IMG/VR virus record: IMGVR_UViG_3300006841_000093 | Span: 70,506 to 134,505 of that record | DNA length: 64,000 nucleotides | Origin: a virus | Strand: one strand, 5' to 3' | In this document: in pieces, positions 38,242 to 47,319 of the stretch | Numbering within the stretch: position 1 is the first letter of the stretch | How the letters are laid out: each line of letters begins with the position of its first letter | Made by a program: the position numbers and the translations under genes | Notes under the pieces: generated by a model | What the model saw: the letters and a program-made list of their open reading frames with translations, nothing else | Told to the model about the DNA's origin: nothing | The model's database searches: none

Positions 38242-38537
38242 GCTATAGACCATTACCAGAATACCTAACAATAGAAAATTCTCCGATACAGGGATTAGGA
38301 GTGTTCGTAAAAGAATCTATCAATCAGGGTGTCATGATAGGTAAGATACACATACCAGACCCCAATCAAGAGGGTGAATATATAAGGACTCCATTAGGTG
38401 GTTTCGGTAATCATTCTGATGATCCTAATTGTAGCAAAGTACTAATGGAAGATGGTTCATGGTGGATATTCGCCAATAGGGATATAGTAGGTGGTGAAGA
38501 ATTAACATGGAGTTATACTCTATATGAAATCACATGA
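38238..38537 (+). CDS. SET-domain protein
   Basis: S.IQGLGVF, NHSDDPNC and RDI..GEELT.SY motifs. Confidence 0.88.
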   Translation: MSYRPLPEYLTIENSPIQGLGVFVKESINQGVMIGKIHIPDPNQEGEYIRTPLGGFGNHSDDPNCSKVLMEDGSWWIFANRDIVGGEELTWSYTLYEIT

Positions 38538-39246
38538 TCCAACCATTTTCATCGCAGCTCCGTTTGGTAATTACCTTAGAACAAGACATACAACTTCAGT
38601 ACATGGTACATTTACCTTAAATCCTCAAGGAAATAGATTCTGGGCAGTCCTGAAGTCTCTCAGATATACAAAAGAGGGGTGGACTAACAAACTTGGTCTA
38701 CCTAATCCTGGTCTTGTCAAAGGTCTATATAACGCCTCTAGAAATGACGTAATTTCTATTGCAGAAGTCAATAGAAACGAGTTTCAAGAGATGAATAAAA
38801 TCATCCCCCAAGCAACCTCAATAGAACTAAATCTTTCGTGTCCTAACTCCAAGTTCTTACCGTGGGATTTCATCAATCAATGGCCTAATAAGGATCGTAG
38901 ATGGTGTATCGCCAAGATGTCTCCACTCACCACTCCAGAAGAGATCGAATACGTAGTAAATCAAGGATTCAGACAACTACATTTCTCAAATACCTTACCA
39001 CATAAGAAGGGTGGACTCTCAGGAAAGACTCTCATTTCATATACCAAGAGACTAATCAATCTAGTGAGAACAGACTTCAAATCAATAAATATAGAGATAA
39101 TTGCGGGTGGTGGAGTGACCACAATTCAAGATATAGAAGAATATCTAAATGAAGGAGCTGACCATATCTCAATAGGATCTGGTTGGTTCAGACCCTTAAA
39201 AATGAGAAAACTAGTTAATGAAACTTATAGTATCTTTAGAGGATGA
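38524..39246 (+). CDS. pyrD: dihydroorotate dehydrogenase-like protein
   Basis: IELNLSCPN, FSNTL, GGLSG and IIAGGGV...GADHISIGS motifs. Confidence 0.85.
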   Translation: MKSHDPTIFIAAPFGNYLRTRHTTSVHGTFTLNPQGNRFWAVLKSLRYTKEGWTNKLGLPNPGLVKGLYNASRNDVISIAEVNRNEFQEMNKIIPQATSIELNLSCPNSKFLPWDFINQWPNKDRRWCIAKMSPLTTPEEIEYVVNQGFRQLHFSNTLPHKKGGLSGKTLISYTKRLINLVRTDFKSINIEIIAGGGVTTIQDIEEYLNEGADHISIGSGWFRPLKMRKLVNETYSIFRG

Positions 39247-39880
39247 AGAGTCATTCAAACTAGCAAAAAAGCTAGCAGATTATGTAGATGGATTCAAATT
39301 GAACCATATACTGTGGGAAAGATTAAAATACAGAGGATGGAAGAAGAAAGAAATATTCATTGATTTCAAACTCTGGGACACACCTAATACAGTAGTCTCC
39401 GTTGTGGAAAGATTGATCGAAAGCTCAGTCACCATGACAACCATTTCCACGTTCAACAACGATGTCGTTTTCGATAATCTACAGCAGTTCAAATCTGAGA
39501 TAAAACTACTAGGTGTTACCTACCTTACTTCATGGACTCCACAAGACCAATATGCAATATGCAGACAGATGCCAGATCCTATGTGGGAACAATCACTCAG
39601 AAGAATCGAAGGTTTCTATGGACTAGTCTGTTCTCCGAAAGATCTCCCAGATATCGATTACATAGATTTCGAACATAACTTCCAACGAGTCTGTCCAGGC
39701 ATAGGTCATAACAATACTGGTCAACACCGTACAACTACTCCACGACAAGCTTTTCAATTAGGCGCAGATTATATCATACTAGGGCGCACTGTGACCAATT
39801 CACCGAATCCCATACAAACAATACAAAACATTACAAAGGAAATCGATGAGTCTCAAAAAACTCAAACAACTAACAATTAG
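39218..39880 (+). CDS. pyrF: orotidine-5'-phosphate decarboxylase
   Basis: IFIDFKLWDTPNTV, VCPGIG and GADYIILGR motifs. Confidence 0.9.
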   Translation: MKLIVSLEDEESFKLAKKLADYVDGFKLNHILWERLKYRGWKKKEIFIDFKLWDTPNTVVSVVERLIESSVTMTTISTFNNDVVFDNLQQFKSEIKLLGVTYLTSWTPQDQYAICRQMPDPMWEQSLRRIEGFYGLVCSPKDLPDIDYIDFEHNFQRVCPGIGHNNTGQHRTTTPRQAFQLGADYIILGRTVTNSPNPIQTIQNITKEIDESQKTQTTNN

Positions 39881-39955
39881 AGGAATAGTAATGCACCTCC
39901 CAATACTCATAATTACAGCATTTTTCACTTACATAACCATAGACCTAATATTACG

Positions 39956-40231
39956 ATGAAATACAAATATAACTACGAAAACGCAACAGAGAAGAGAGAA
40001 TCACAAGCCAAGTATGGACGAATGGATGATATACCACACGATTCTCCAGAGAAACACCCTGAACATCTTAATGAACACCAATTACTCCAAGAAATACAAC
40101 ACGAAGCACTGTATGGAGAGGCTAAAAAAGTACAAGAATTACTACTCAAATGGCCGGAATATAAACGAGAAGATCTCAGAAAAATGTTAATAGGCTCCGT
40201 AGAAGAACATGGAAGGACACTATTGATATGA
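39956..40231 (+). CDS. hypothetical protein
   Basis: ORF track. Confidence 0.55.
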   Translation: MKYKYNYENATEKRESQAKYGRMDDIPHDSPEKHPEHLNEHQLLQEIQHEALYGEAKKVQELLLKWPEYKREDLRKMLIGSVEEHGRTLLI

Positions 40232-40428
40232 TACTAATTCCACAGACATACATCATCGCCATAGGACTCTCACTCATGGGGTACTTTGCCATCACCTACC
40301 CAGAACTGTGTCCAGAAGAGTATGCCACTAAAGGTGAAACCCTCACAAAATACTGTAGATTCGACCATCATCATAAAGAATGGATACTGAAAGAAGGAGT
40401 AAAATATGAAGAAAAAGAAGACGGGTAA
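40228..40428 (+). CDS. small membrane protein
   Basis: N-terminal TM segment. Confidence 0.5.
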   Translation: MILIPQTYIIAIGLSLMGYFAITYPELCPEEYATKGETLTKYCRFDHHHKEWILKEGVKYEEKEDG

Positions 40429-40555
40429 ACGCAAGTCTAAATCTTGGCGTAGACGAATTCCAAGATGTACACTATGTACACCTTTCCGATGGATGGGTAA
40501 TACCAAGACACGATTTAGACATTCAACTAGGAAACAAATGTTAAAAGGTACATGA
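40406..40555 (+). CDS. small basic CxxC protein (absent from the ORF track)
   Basis: AAGGAG RBS; MKKKKTGKRK...CTLC... Confidence 0.45.
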   Translation: MKKKKTGKRKSKSWRRRIPRCTLCTPFRWMGNTKTRFRHSTRKQMLKGT

Positions 40556-40935
40556 TAGATTATACTAAGACTTCCTCTAAATTATATCATATCAATCCAC
40601 ATTATCTCCGTAAGTTAGGATTGGAACGATATGGTAAAGGGGGAGTAGGAAGACATAGGGATAATGCCTATGATGGTAAGGAAGAAACATCCCATTTGAC
40701 TAGGGAAGAAAGAGAAGCAAGGTATGATGAATTAAAAGAGAGTATAGAGACTTGTGGTTTTAACGAAGAATACCCTATACTGATTATGTTAAGGAGAGAG
40801 GGTGGTGAAGACCGAATATTCGAAGGTCATCATAGACTGAATATAGCTATAGAGTTGGGATTAGAGACTGTTCCTGTGAGGTTTATTGAGTGGCAGAAGG
40901 AATATAACGCAAAAGGTAGGTGGGTGGATAAATGA
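40552..40935 (+). CDS. ParB/sulfiredoxin-like domain protein
   Basis: LKESIETCGF...PILI...IFEGHHRL.IA.ELGLETVPV. Confidence 0.8.
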   Translation: MIDYTKTSSKLYHINPHYLRKLGLERYGKGGVGRHRDNAYDGKEETSHLTREEREARYDELKESIETCGFNEEYPILIMLRREGGEDRIFEGHHRLNIAIELGLETVPVRFIEWQKEYNAKGRWVDK

Positions 40936-41012
40936 CATTTAAATCGGGTGGCACTAGTCGTCTTAGGGGGTTATTTTTGGAGCAAAATTTTTTGACACCC
41001 CTACGAAATGAC

Positions 41013-41283
41013 TTGACATTGACCTAAGTGTGTGATATAATAGAGAGATGACGATACTATATAGAGACAGAGAAGGCCTATGGTGTGTAACGTGTCATAG
41101 ACAGACTGTGAGTGGATCAGACCGAAGGCAGATCCCCATAGGACACCCGCTAGCGCCTTCTCGACCCCTCTTGACATTTCAGGAAAGGGTGGTATAATGA
41201 GGTGTGAAGCCGAAAAGATTAATGAAGACACATAAAAAAAGATTGAATAAACTCTTGACAAATCCCACTCTCTGTGGTATAAT
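41013..41283 (+). promoter_or_regulatory. three tandem consensus sigma70 promoters
   Basis: TTGACA/TATAAT pairs at 41013/41036, 41171/41193 and 41255/41278 (spacers 17, 16 and 17 nt). Confidence 0.88.
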
Positions 41284-41340
41284 AGTACCTGAGAATGAGA
41301 GAGGATCAAATGAAATGACATAGATTGACCATTAGAAATA

Positions 41341-41710
41341 GAGGGTAGGGATTCTCTGGCTACCCTCCGCTAGTCACCTACAGAGTACCCGTTGTGGTGT
41401 GTGTTCGACTAAGGGACACACGTAAGACACAGAGTAATGGGGGTGTAGACGGCCGATGTGACGGCGCTGAAGATGAGTGTCAGGGATCAGAGAGTGGGAA
41501 CAAGCCACTCAGACAGACTCTACGAGATGTTTCTTCCTTGATTGTCTGTCGAACAGATCAGGGTACGGCCTACCCTGTGAGGTGGGAATGTCCTAGTACA
41601 TGACTCCCGGAGACCTGCGACATCACTGCAGAGCCCGCATAACAAAAACTGTACTACTTAAATCTTTATTCTTATTGTTTCCCCTGTGTCAGAGATGGCA
41701 TGGGGGTTTT
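41341..41710 (+). ncRNA. large structured ncRNA candidate
   Basis: GC-rich and free of long ORFs; at least six stems (41341-48/41360-67, 41373-77/41458-62, 41399-406/41414-21, 41492-97/41505-10, 41512-18/41544-50, 41559-65/41571-77); terminator-like hairpin at 41681-41710. Confidence 0.6.
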
Positions 41711-41727
41711 CTTATATGGAGTGACTA

Positions 41728-41907
41728 ATGAAAAGAAAGAACGAAGAAGACTGGGATGATATCCAAGAAGCTCTAGGCAAGGTTTCGTATGACTTTGTGC
41801 CAGAGCAAGAGAGGAACTTTGATGCACAGTACAGCCCATCACCTTCCACGCACAGATACGTGGGTGAGGAGTGTATAGGGGGTGTGTGGTATAAGGTGTA
41901 CCAGTAG
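41728..41907 (+). CDS. small hypothetical protein (59 aa, absent from the ORF track)
   Basis: GGAG RBS; MKRKNEEDWDDIQE... Confidence 0.5.
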   Translation: MKRKNEEDWDDIQEALGKVSYDFVPEQERNFDAQYSPSPSTHRYVGEECIGGVWYKVYQ

Positions 41908-42238
41908 GGACTGAAGGGAGTTTCTGGAGCAGTTGACCACCAATCGCAGTGTTGGTGGGGTGTGTGGTGTTGGGGTGGTGGATCTTTAGCGGTTGTTTTA
42001 TAACAGATTAAAAAGCACCCTTGAGGACTCCAAGACGGGTTTACCCGATGGTCGTTTTATCTGGAGGTGAAATGTTTTTCTAACGGTCCACCCCACAAAT
42101 TAATCGGACCCATATATATTAATAATGGGTCAAGTGAGAGTATACTAGTTTAAACTCAAATGGGCTGCTGACCCTTGACCTAAACCGGTTACTAGGTATA
42201 TCCAGCCGCTTGACCCACTTTATCACAAGAAAGGAATA

Positions 42239-42487
42239 ATGTCACAATACAGAAAATGGGATGAGTCTCGTTCACCACAATGGAAGTACCTATTACAGAA
42301 GGAATCAGAGAAAAGGAGAAAGACACGAAAAGAGATTGAGATGGAACGAAGGGAGAAAGAAAAGAGTGAACATTCTAAGCCAAAGAAACATTCCGAATAT
42401 AGGAAAGAAAGAATAAAAGAGAATATAAGAAAAGTTTCTAAACAAGAATTAGAAAGAAAATTATTAGGGGCACAGAAAAAATCATGA
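42239..42487 (+). CDS. basic hypothetical protein
   Basis: AAGGA RBS. Confidence 0.5.
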   Translation: MSQYRKWDESRSPQWKYLLQKESEKRRKTRKEIEMERREKEKSEHSKPKKHSEYRKERIKENIRKVSKQELERKLLGAQKKS

Positions 42488-43566
42488 CTAGTGAAGAATT
42501 ACATACCTACCTAATGGAACTTAAGAATAAGAATGTTCAGAGTCCAGATATTGTAACCTACAAAGAAACAATAAGAGAAGCCCTAGACCAGTACAGGACT
42601 ACGATTCCACGCACTAACCTAATGTTGAATGAACAGGGTGGAGTAAACAAGAATGTAGTCTTTTATTCTTTTATGGAAGCTCCAAATAAGCCAGCTATAG
42701 GAGATCATGAATTAAAAAGAATGAGGATATCCTGGAGAAGTCTGAGGAAGTTTAATAAAGATATTGAAGTTCGATTCTGCTATGATGGAGATGATGTACG
42801 TTGGACAGAATTATGTGATGAGTTTGATATTAAGATGTTTGGTTTCTCTGATACTTTTAAAGGTACTGAACCTAATGCATGGTGTATTCATCGATGGTAT
42901 AATATGTCACAATGGGCGGATGAAGACTTGAATCTATTGTATATGGATGCCGACACATACTGTCATGGAGATATTGGACTGTTATTCGACATATACAAAC
43001 GTGATCCCGTATACGGACGAGAGGAACTTGGATTTCGACATGATCCGAATCTTGGATGTGCCGGAGAAGACCCACGATTCTATTTGGATTTGTTGGATGC
43101 TTCTATTATGTCTCAAGGTGGTAAGACAGAGGTACAGAAGTATTGTTTAGGTGTGATATTACTGAATCAGAGTGTACACAAGTTGTTTACGCCAGAAGTT
43201 ATGGAATATTACACAGATTTATTGGAACGGATTCGTACATTCAAAGTATTTTACAGTATTCCCAATTACAGGATAATGGATGAGTTCGCTTTTTGGATTC
43301 TGATGAGTAGGTGGAGTATTAGGACTAGTTTATTTGGGGATCAAGATGTTTCTCAAACCTTCTTGGAAAAGAAACATGAGAACCATTTTAATCCGATTGT
43401 TCTCCATTATACAACATACGCCGAGGAGAAGTTTGCTGATTGGGCACCAGAGTTCTATTGTCTGAGTAGGAGTCTTGAAGAAAGGGAGTTTGCTGATGTT
43501 GCTGCGGGTGGTATCTATAATGTAACTCCTCTTATGAGGGAAGAATTGGCTATGTCCATGTGGTAA
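42484..43566 (+). CDS. glycosyltransferase-like (GT-A, DxD) protein
   Basis: LLYMDADT motif, GVILLN, DEFAFW and VLHY. Confidence 0.6.
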   Translation: MTSEELHTYLMELKNKNVQSPDIVTYKETIREALDQYRTTIPRTNLMLNEQGGVNKNVVFYSFMEAPNKPAIGDHELKRMRISWRSLRKFNKDIEVRFCYDGDDVRWTELCDEFDIKMFGFSDTFKGTEPNAWCIHRWYNMSQWADEDLNLLYMDADTYCHGDIGLLFDIYKRDPVYGREELGFRHDPNLGCAGEDPRFYLDLLDASIMSQGGKTEVQKYCLGVILLNQSVHKLFTPEVMEYYTDLLERIRTFKVFYSIPNYRIMDEFAFWILMSRWSIRTSLFGDQDVSQTFLEKKHENHFNPIVLHYTTYAEEKFADWAPEFYCLSRSLEEREFADVAAGGIYNVTPLMREELAMSMW

Positions 43567-43567
43567 A

Positions 43568-43729
43568 ATGACCGAAACTGAAAAAAATTTAAAATTTAAA
43601 ATTGAAAAGATAGAAAAACGCTTGGAAGAATTAGAGAGAAGAGTAAATGAATTAAAATGGCTATGGGATGTAAAAGAAATAGAAGATAGAGGCAAAGAAC
43701 GAGTGCAAACAATCTATATTGAGAAATAA
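43568..43729 (+). CDS. small coiled-coil protein
   Basis: IEKRLEELERRVNEL. Confidence 0.5.
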   Translation: MTETEKNLKFKIEKIEKRLEELERRVNELKWLWDVKEIEDRGKERVQTIYIEK

Positions 43730-43730
43730 T

Positions 43731-44576
43731 ATGACTTATGAATATGAAGGTGACGGTCCAGTAGAAAATAAAGTAAAATTTTGGTCTGTAGTGCCTGGTG
43801 TTGAGGAATGGGCGCCTATTGAACCGGCAAGTAAATTTATTCCCAAATGGTGGAAAGGAGTTCCAGCTCATTCTGATACTTCTGGTGTTCCGGCTATAAA
43901 TGGTCCTCAATATTCCGATTCCGGAACGCCTCAATTTGAAACCAATCTACAAACAAGAGCTGATGGTACAATAAAACTTTGTCCTGCTATTCACGATTGG
44001 TTTAATACAGGTTGGGTACTTCCAATGTGGTGTGATCTTCATATAGAACTTTTCGAAGATGGAGCTCTTGGTGCACCTGGAGGTAAACAGTATACCTTTA
44101 GAACACCTCATCCAGATTTTCAAGGTGGACTGATGGACAACATTACATATATCACATGGTTGCCAAAAGAACAACAAGAAAATGGAGCAGTTGGATTTGT
44201 AAACCTTGAATGCCCATGGCGTATGAAGACACCTGCTGGAATATCTTGTTATCAGTTTCCTATGTATTATCATTTCAATCAAGATTTTGAAGTACCGCCT
44301 GGGCCAATATGGACTGATGTCTATACACAAGTCAATCCACAAATAATACTCAAACGATATGGTAAGATTACAATTAAACGTGGTACTCCACTATGTTTGT
44401 TCATACCCTATGAAAGATGTTCTGCTGATAACCTTGAGATGGAAATAGTAAAACGTGGAGAAAAAGAAATCGAGTGGGAACATTCGACAGATAGAATGAT
44501 TCAAACTAAATTCAAGGGAGCTTATTATCAAATGCAGAAAGAAGCCAAAAAAGCAGGATGTCCATATCATCAATAG
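43731..44576 (+). CDS. conserved phage protein (beta-barrel, dUTPase/DUF6065-like)
   Basis: TIKLCPAI...GWVLPMWCD...PWRMKTPAG...IKRGTPL..FIPY. Confidence 0.55.
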   Translation: MTYEYEGDGPVENKVKFWSVVPGVEEWAPIEPASKFIPKWWKGVPAHSDTSGVPAINGPQYSDSGTPQFETNLQTRADGTIKLCPAIHDWFNTGWVLPMWCDLHIELFEDGALGAPGGKQYTFRTPHPDFQGGLMDNITYITWLPKEQQENGAVGFVNLECPWRMKTPAGISCYQFPMYYHFNQDFEVPPGPIWTDVYTQVNPQIILKRYGKITIKRGTPLCLFIPYERCSADNLEMEIVKRGEKEIEWEHSTDRMIQTKFKGAYYQMQKEAKKAGCPYHQ

Positions 44577-45301
44577 ACAAACCTAAAGTTTATGAAGAAG
44601 GTCATACCCATTTAGATTATGTCAGAATGGAGACTGGCCAAACTCTTATAGTGTTTGAAGCTCCACAAGATATAGTTCTCACTATGAATAAACTTTATGA
44701 GAAATATGTATCTGAAGGAATGCTCTATAATATGAGTAATAGACTTCTAGGAAAAATTGAAGATGAATATTCCTTATATCAAAGTTCTTCTTTTTATAAA
44801 AATGATGATACAGAGAAAGTAGATAATCATAACTTTCTACCAGAGAATGTTCATCAATGGATAAAGGATAGAATTCATGATTATCTCCATATTTTAAGAA
44901 TAGACTATCAAGGAATAAAAACAAATTCCTCTTGGATCAATGATATGAAAGTGGGTGAATATAGTCCTGTACATAACCACAATGGAGGAACAGGCACATC
45001 AAAATCACCGCTAGAGAATATGGTTCATAAAATAGGATTAATAGGTCTAATGGGACTAAAGATTCCAGATGATATGGGAGATGAGATTACAAGAGAAAAT
45101 AATCCACGCAATGGATTTACTGAATTCTTTGGAGGGGGTCACGGAAAAATGTTTGCAAATTTTTCCACTCTAATAAGATTACATGAGGGGGCATTTGTTG
45201 TTCATCCTTATGATGTGATTCACACAGTATATCCTCATTTTAATAAAAACGAAACACGTAGAACATTTACTACGAATATAGATGTTTACCCTATAGGATA
45301 A
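44558..45301 (+). CDS. putative 2OG-Fe(II) oxygenase
   Basis: SWIN, EYSPVHNH, HPYDVIHTVYP and RRTF motifs. Confidence 0.75.
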   Translation: MSISSIDKPKVYEEGHTHLDYVRMETGQTLIVFEAPQDIVLTMNKLYEKYVSEGMLYNMSNRLLGKIEDEYSLYQSSSFYKNDDTEKVDNHNFLPENVHQWIKDRIHDYLHILRIDYQGIKTNSSWINDMKVGEYSPVHNHNGGTGTSKSPLENMVHKIGLIGLMGLKIPDDMGDEITRENNPRNGFTEFFGGGHGKMFANFSTLIRLHEGAFVVHPYDVIHTVYPHFNKNETRRTFTTNIDVYPIG

Positions 45302-45307
45302 AATATT

Positions 45308-45925
45308 ATGATAGAATATGAAATAGAAATGGAAGATACAAATAAAGAAGTACCGCCCCCTAATGCTCCGCCACCCGTGTTACCTCCAGATGGTGAAATG
45401 TTTATGAGAGGTCATCATGTCTTTATGGGTGAGGTGACACAAGAATCAATGAAACCTTTGATTGATTGGATCATTGCCGAAAATTATAATAAACCTATAG
45501 TAAAGAAGAGAGAACTAACTTTGGGGATATGTTCTCCGGGCGGGGATCTCAATGCTTGTTTTGCTTTAGTGGATATAATGAAAGGTTCAAAGATTCCTAT
45601 TAAAACAGTAGGTCTAGGAATGATAGCATCTTGTGGACTACTTATGTTTTTATCGGGCACTAAAGGCCGGAGAATACTTACCCCAAACACTTCAATCCTT
45701 TCACATCAATATTCATGGGGAACATATGGTAAGGAACATGAACTATTTGCCGCAGTTACAGAATATGATTTGACTACAGAGAGAATACTTAATCATTATA
45801 AAAAATGTACTGGCTTGGATGAAAAGAAAATTAGAGAGTATTTACTTCCCCCACATGATGTTTGGCTTAGTGCTCAAAAAGCAAAGAAATTAGGATTATG
45901 TGACTCAATAAAAGCAACCTACTAA
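45308..45925 (+). CDS. clpP: ClpP-family protease subunit
   Basis: ICSPGGD, IASCG (Ser), LSHQ (His) and DVWLSAQKAKKLGLCD motifs. Confidence 0.92.
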   Translation: MIEYEIEMEDTNKEVPPPNAPPPVLPPDGEMFMRGHHVFMGEVTQESMKPLIDWIIAENYNKPIVKKRELTLGICSPGGDLNACFALVDIMKGSKIPIKTVGLGMIASCGLLMFLSGTKGRRILTPNTSILSHQYSWGTYGKEHELFAAVTEYDLTTERILNHYKKCTGLDEKKIREYLLPPHDVWLSAQKAKKLGLCDSIKATY

Positions 45926-45979
45926 TGGAGATAAAATAAATATAAGTAGAACAAAAAAGCGAAAAGAAAGGACGAAGGA

Positions 45980-46675
45980 ATGAAACCAGACTACGTTGAA
46001 GATCAAGTTTCACCTGAATTTGTTGATGCAGTTATAAAATATATTGATGACTCAGAACTTGATAAAGTTTCTTACGATTACTATCTTAATATAGTAGAAG
46101 AAAAATATGGTTTGCAAGGTCAAGAAGCAAAAGACGAACTAGAAACACTTAATAGCACTTTTGAGGGTGGTGGGAGGTGTGGGAGGCCAATATCACTAAT
46201 ACCTACCTTAAGATTTAAACATTGGGAGTTTCATGAAGAAGAAAATGAAATTGAAAAAATGATTTCACAAACAATGTTTAAAAAATCTGTAACTGTAAAT
46301 AATGTATATGGATTTGATCTTGACTTTAATAACATGACTTGTTCCCTAGCAAAATATATGCCAGAAGAAAATGCTCATTTTGATTGGCATGTTGATGGAC
46401 ACATGACATTTCAAGATCCATTCGCGAGAAAATTATCTTTTACTGTTTGCCTTCAACCTGCGAAGAAAGGTGGAAAATTTTTTCTTCAAGAGGGGTGGGA
46501 AGTCTGGCCTAAATCTACAGACATTAAAGAATTAACACTTCCTATTCAAGAGGTAGAACAAACGCCCGGCAAAGTAATAGCGTTTCCTGGTTATTATAAT
46601 CATTGTGTTACTCCAGTAGAAGAAGGTGATAGATATGCATTAATTGCGTGGACATACGGACCGGAATGGAGATAG
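45980..46675 (+). CDS. 2OG-Fe(II) oxygenase (P4H-like), tandem copy 1
   Basis: WHVD, RKLSF, HCVTPV and RYAL..WTYGPEWR. Confidence 0.88.
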   Translation: MKPDYVEDQVSPEFVDAVIKYIDDSELDKVSYDYYLNIVEEKYGLQGQEAKDELETLNSTFEGGGRCGRPISLIPTLRFKHWEFHEEENEIEKMISQTMFKKSVTVNNVYGFDLDFNNMTCSLAKYMPEENAHFDWHVDGHMTFQDPFARKLSFTVCLQPAKKGGKFFLQEGWEVWPKSTDIKELTLPIQEVEQTPGKVIAFPGYYNHCVTPVEEGDRYALIAWTYGPEWR

Positions 46676-46676
46676 T

Positions 46677-47318
46677 TTGTTAAAACCTATGATATGGGAA
46701 GATAAGGTATCTCAAGAATTTGTTGATATAACTATAAAATATCTTGAAGAAGACGCCCCTCTTGGAGACATAGATTATGATCCCTATGTAAAAACAACTG
46801 ATGAAAAATTTCGCGATGATATATCTACAGGATATAGAGATAGAAATTGTGGTATGAAATGTAAAAATCGCGTATGGCATTTTCACGAAGAAAAAAATGA
46901 TACTGAAAGATATATCTCAAAGACCATGTATATGTTAACATTAAAATCTAATAATCATTTTCAGTATGATCTCGATTATAATAATATGATTATACAATTA
47001 GCAAGGTGGGATGAGGGTGAAAGTTATTTTCATTGGCATGCAGATGGTCATATAAATTTTGAAGGAGTAAATAGAAAATTAGCTTTTAGTCTTTTTCTTA
47101 AACCTGCAGCCAAGGGTGGAAAACTTTTAGTTAATACTATAAATCAATTTATAGAAACAGAAGATGTTAGTTCACCTTCTGTATTTGTTGAAGAAATAAA
47201 AGAAGAACCAGGAAAAGTAATTGCGTTTCCTGCATACTGTAATCATTGTGTAACTCCTGTTGAGAGGGGGGATAGGTATTCTTTGGTCGCTTGGATTTTT
47301 GGACCGGAATGGAGATAG
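46677..47318 (+). CDS. 2OG-Fe(II) oxygenase, tandem copy 2
   Basis: TTG start after GGAG; WHAD, HCVTPV and WIFGPEWR. Confidence 0.88.
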   Translation: MLKPMIWEDKVSQEFVDITIKYLEEDAPLGDIDYDPYVKTTDEKFRDDISTGYRDRNCGMKCKNRVWHFHEEKNDTERYISKTMYMLTLKSNNHFQYDLDYNNMIIQLARWDEGESYFHWHADGHINFEGVNRKLAFSLFLKPAAKGGKLLVNTINQFIETEDVSSPSVFVEEIKEEPGKVIAFPAYCNHCVTPVERGDRYSLVAWIFGPEWR

Positions 47319-47319
47319 T

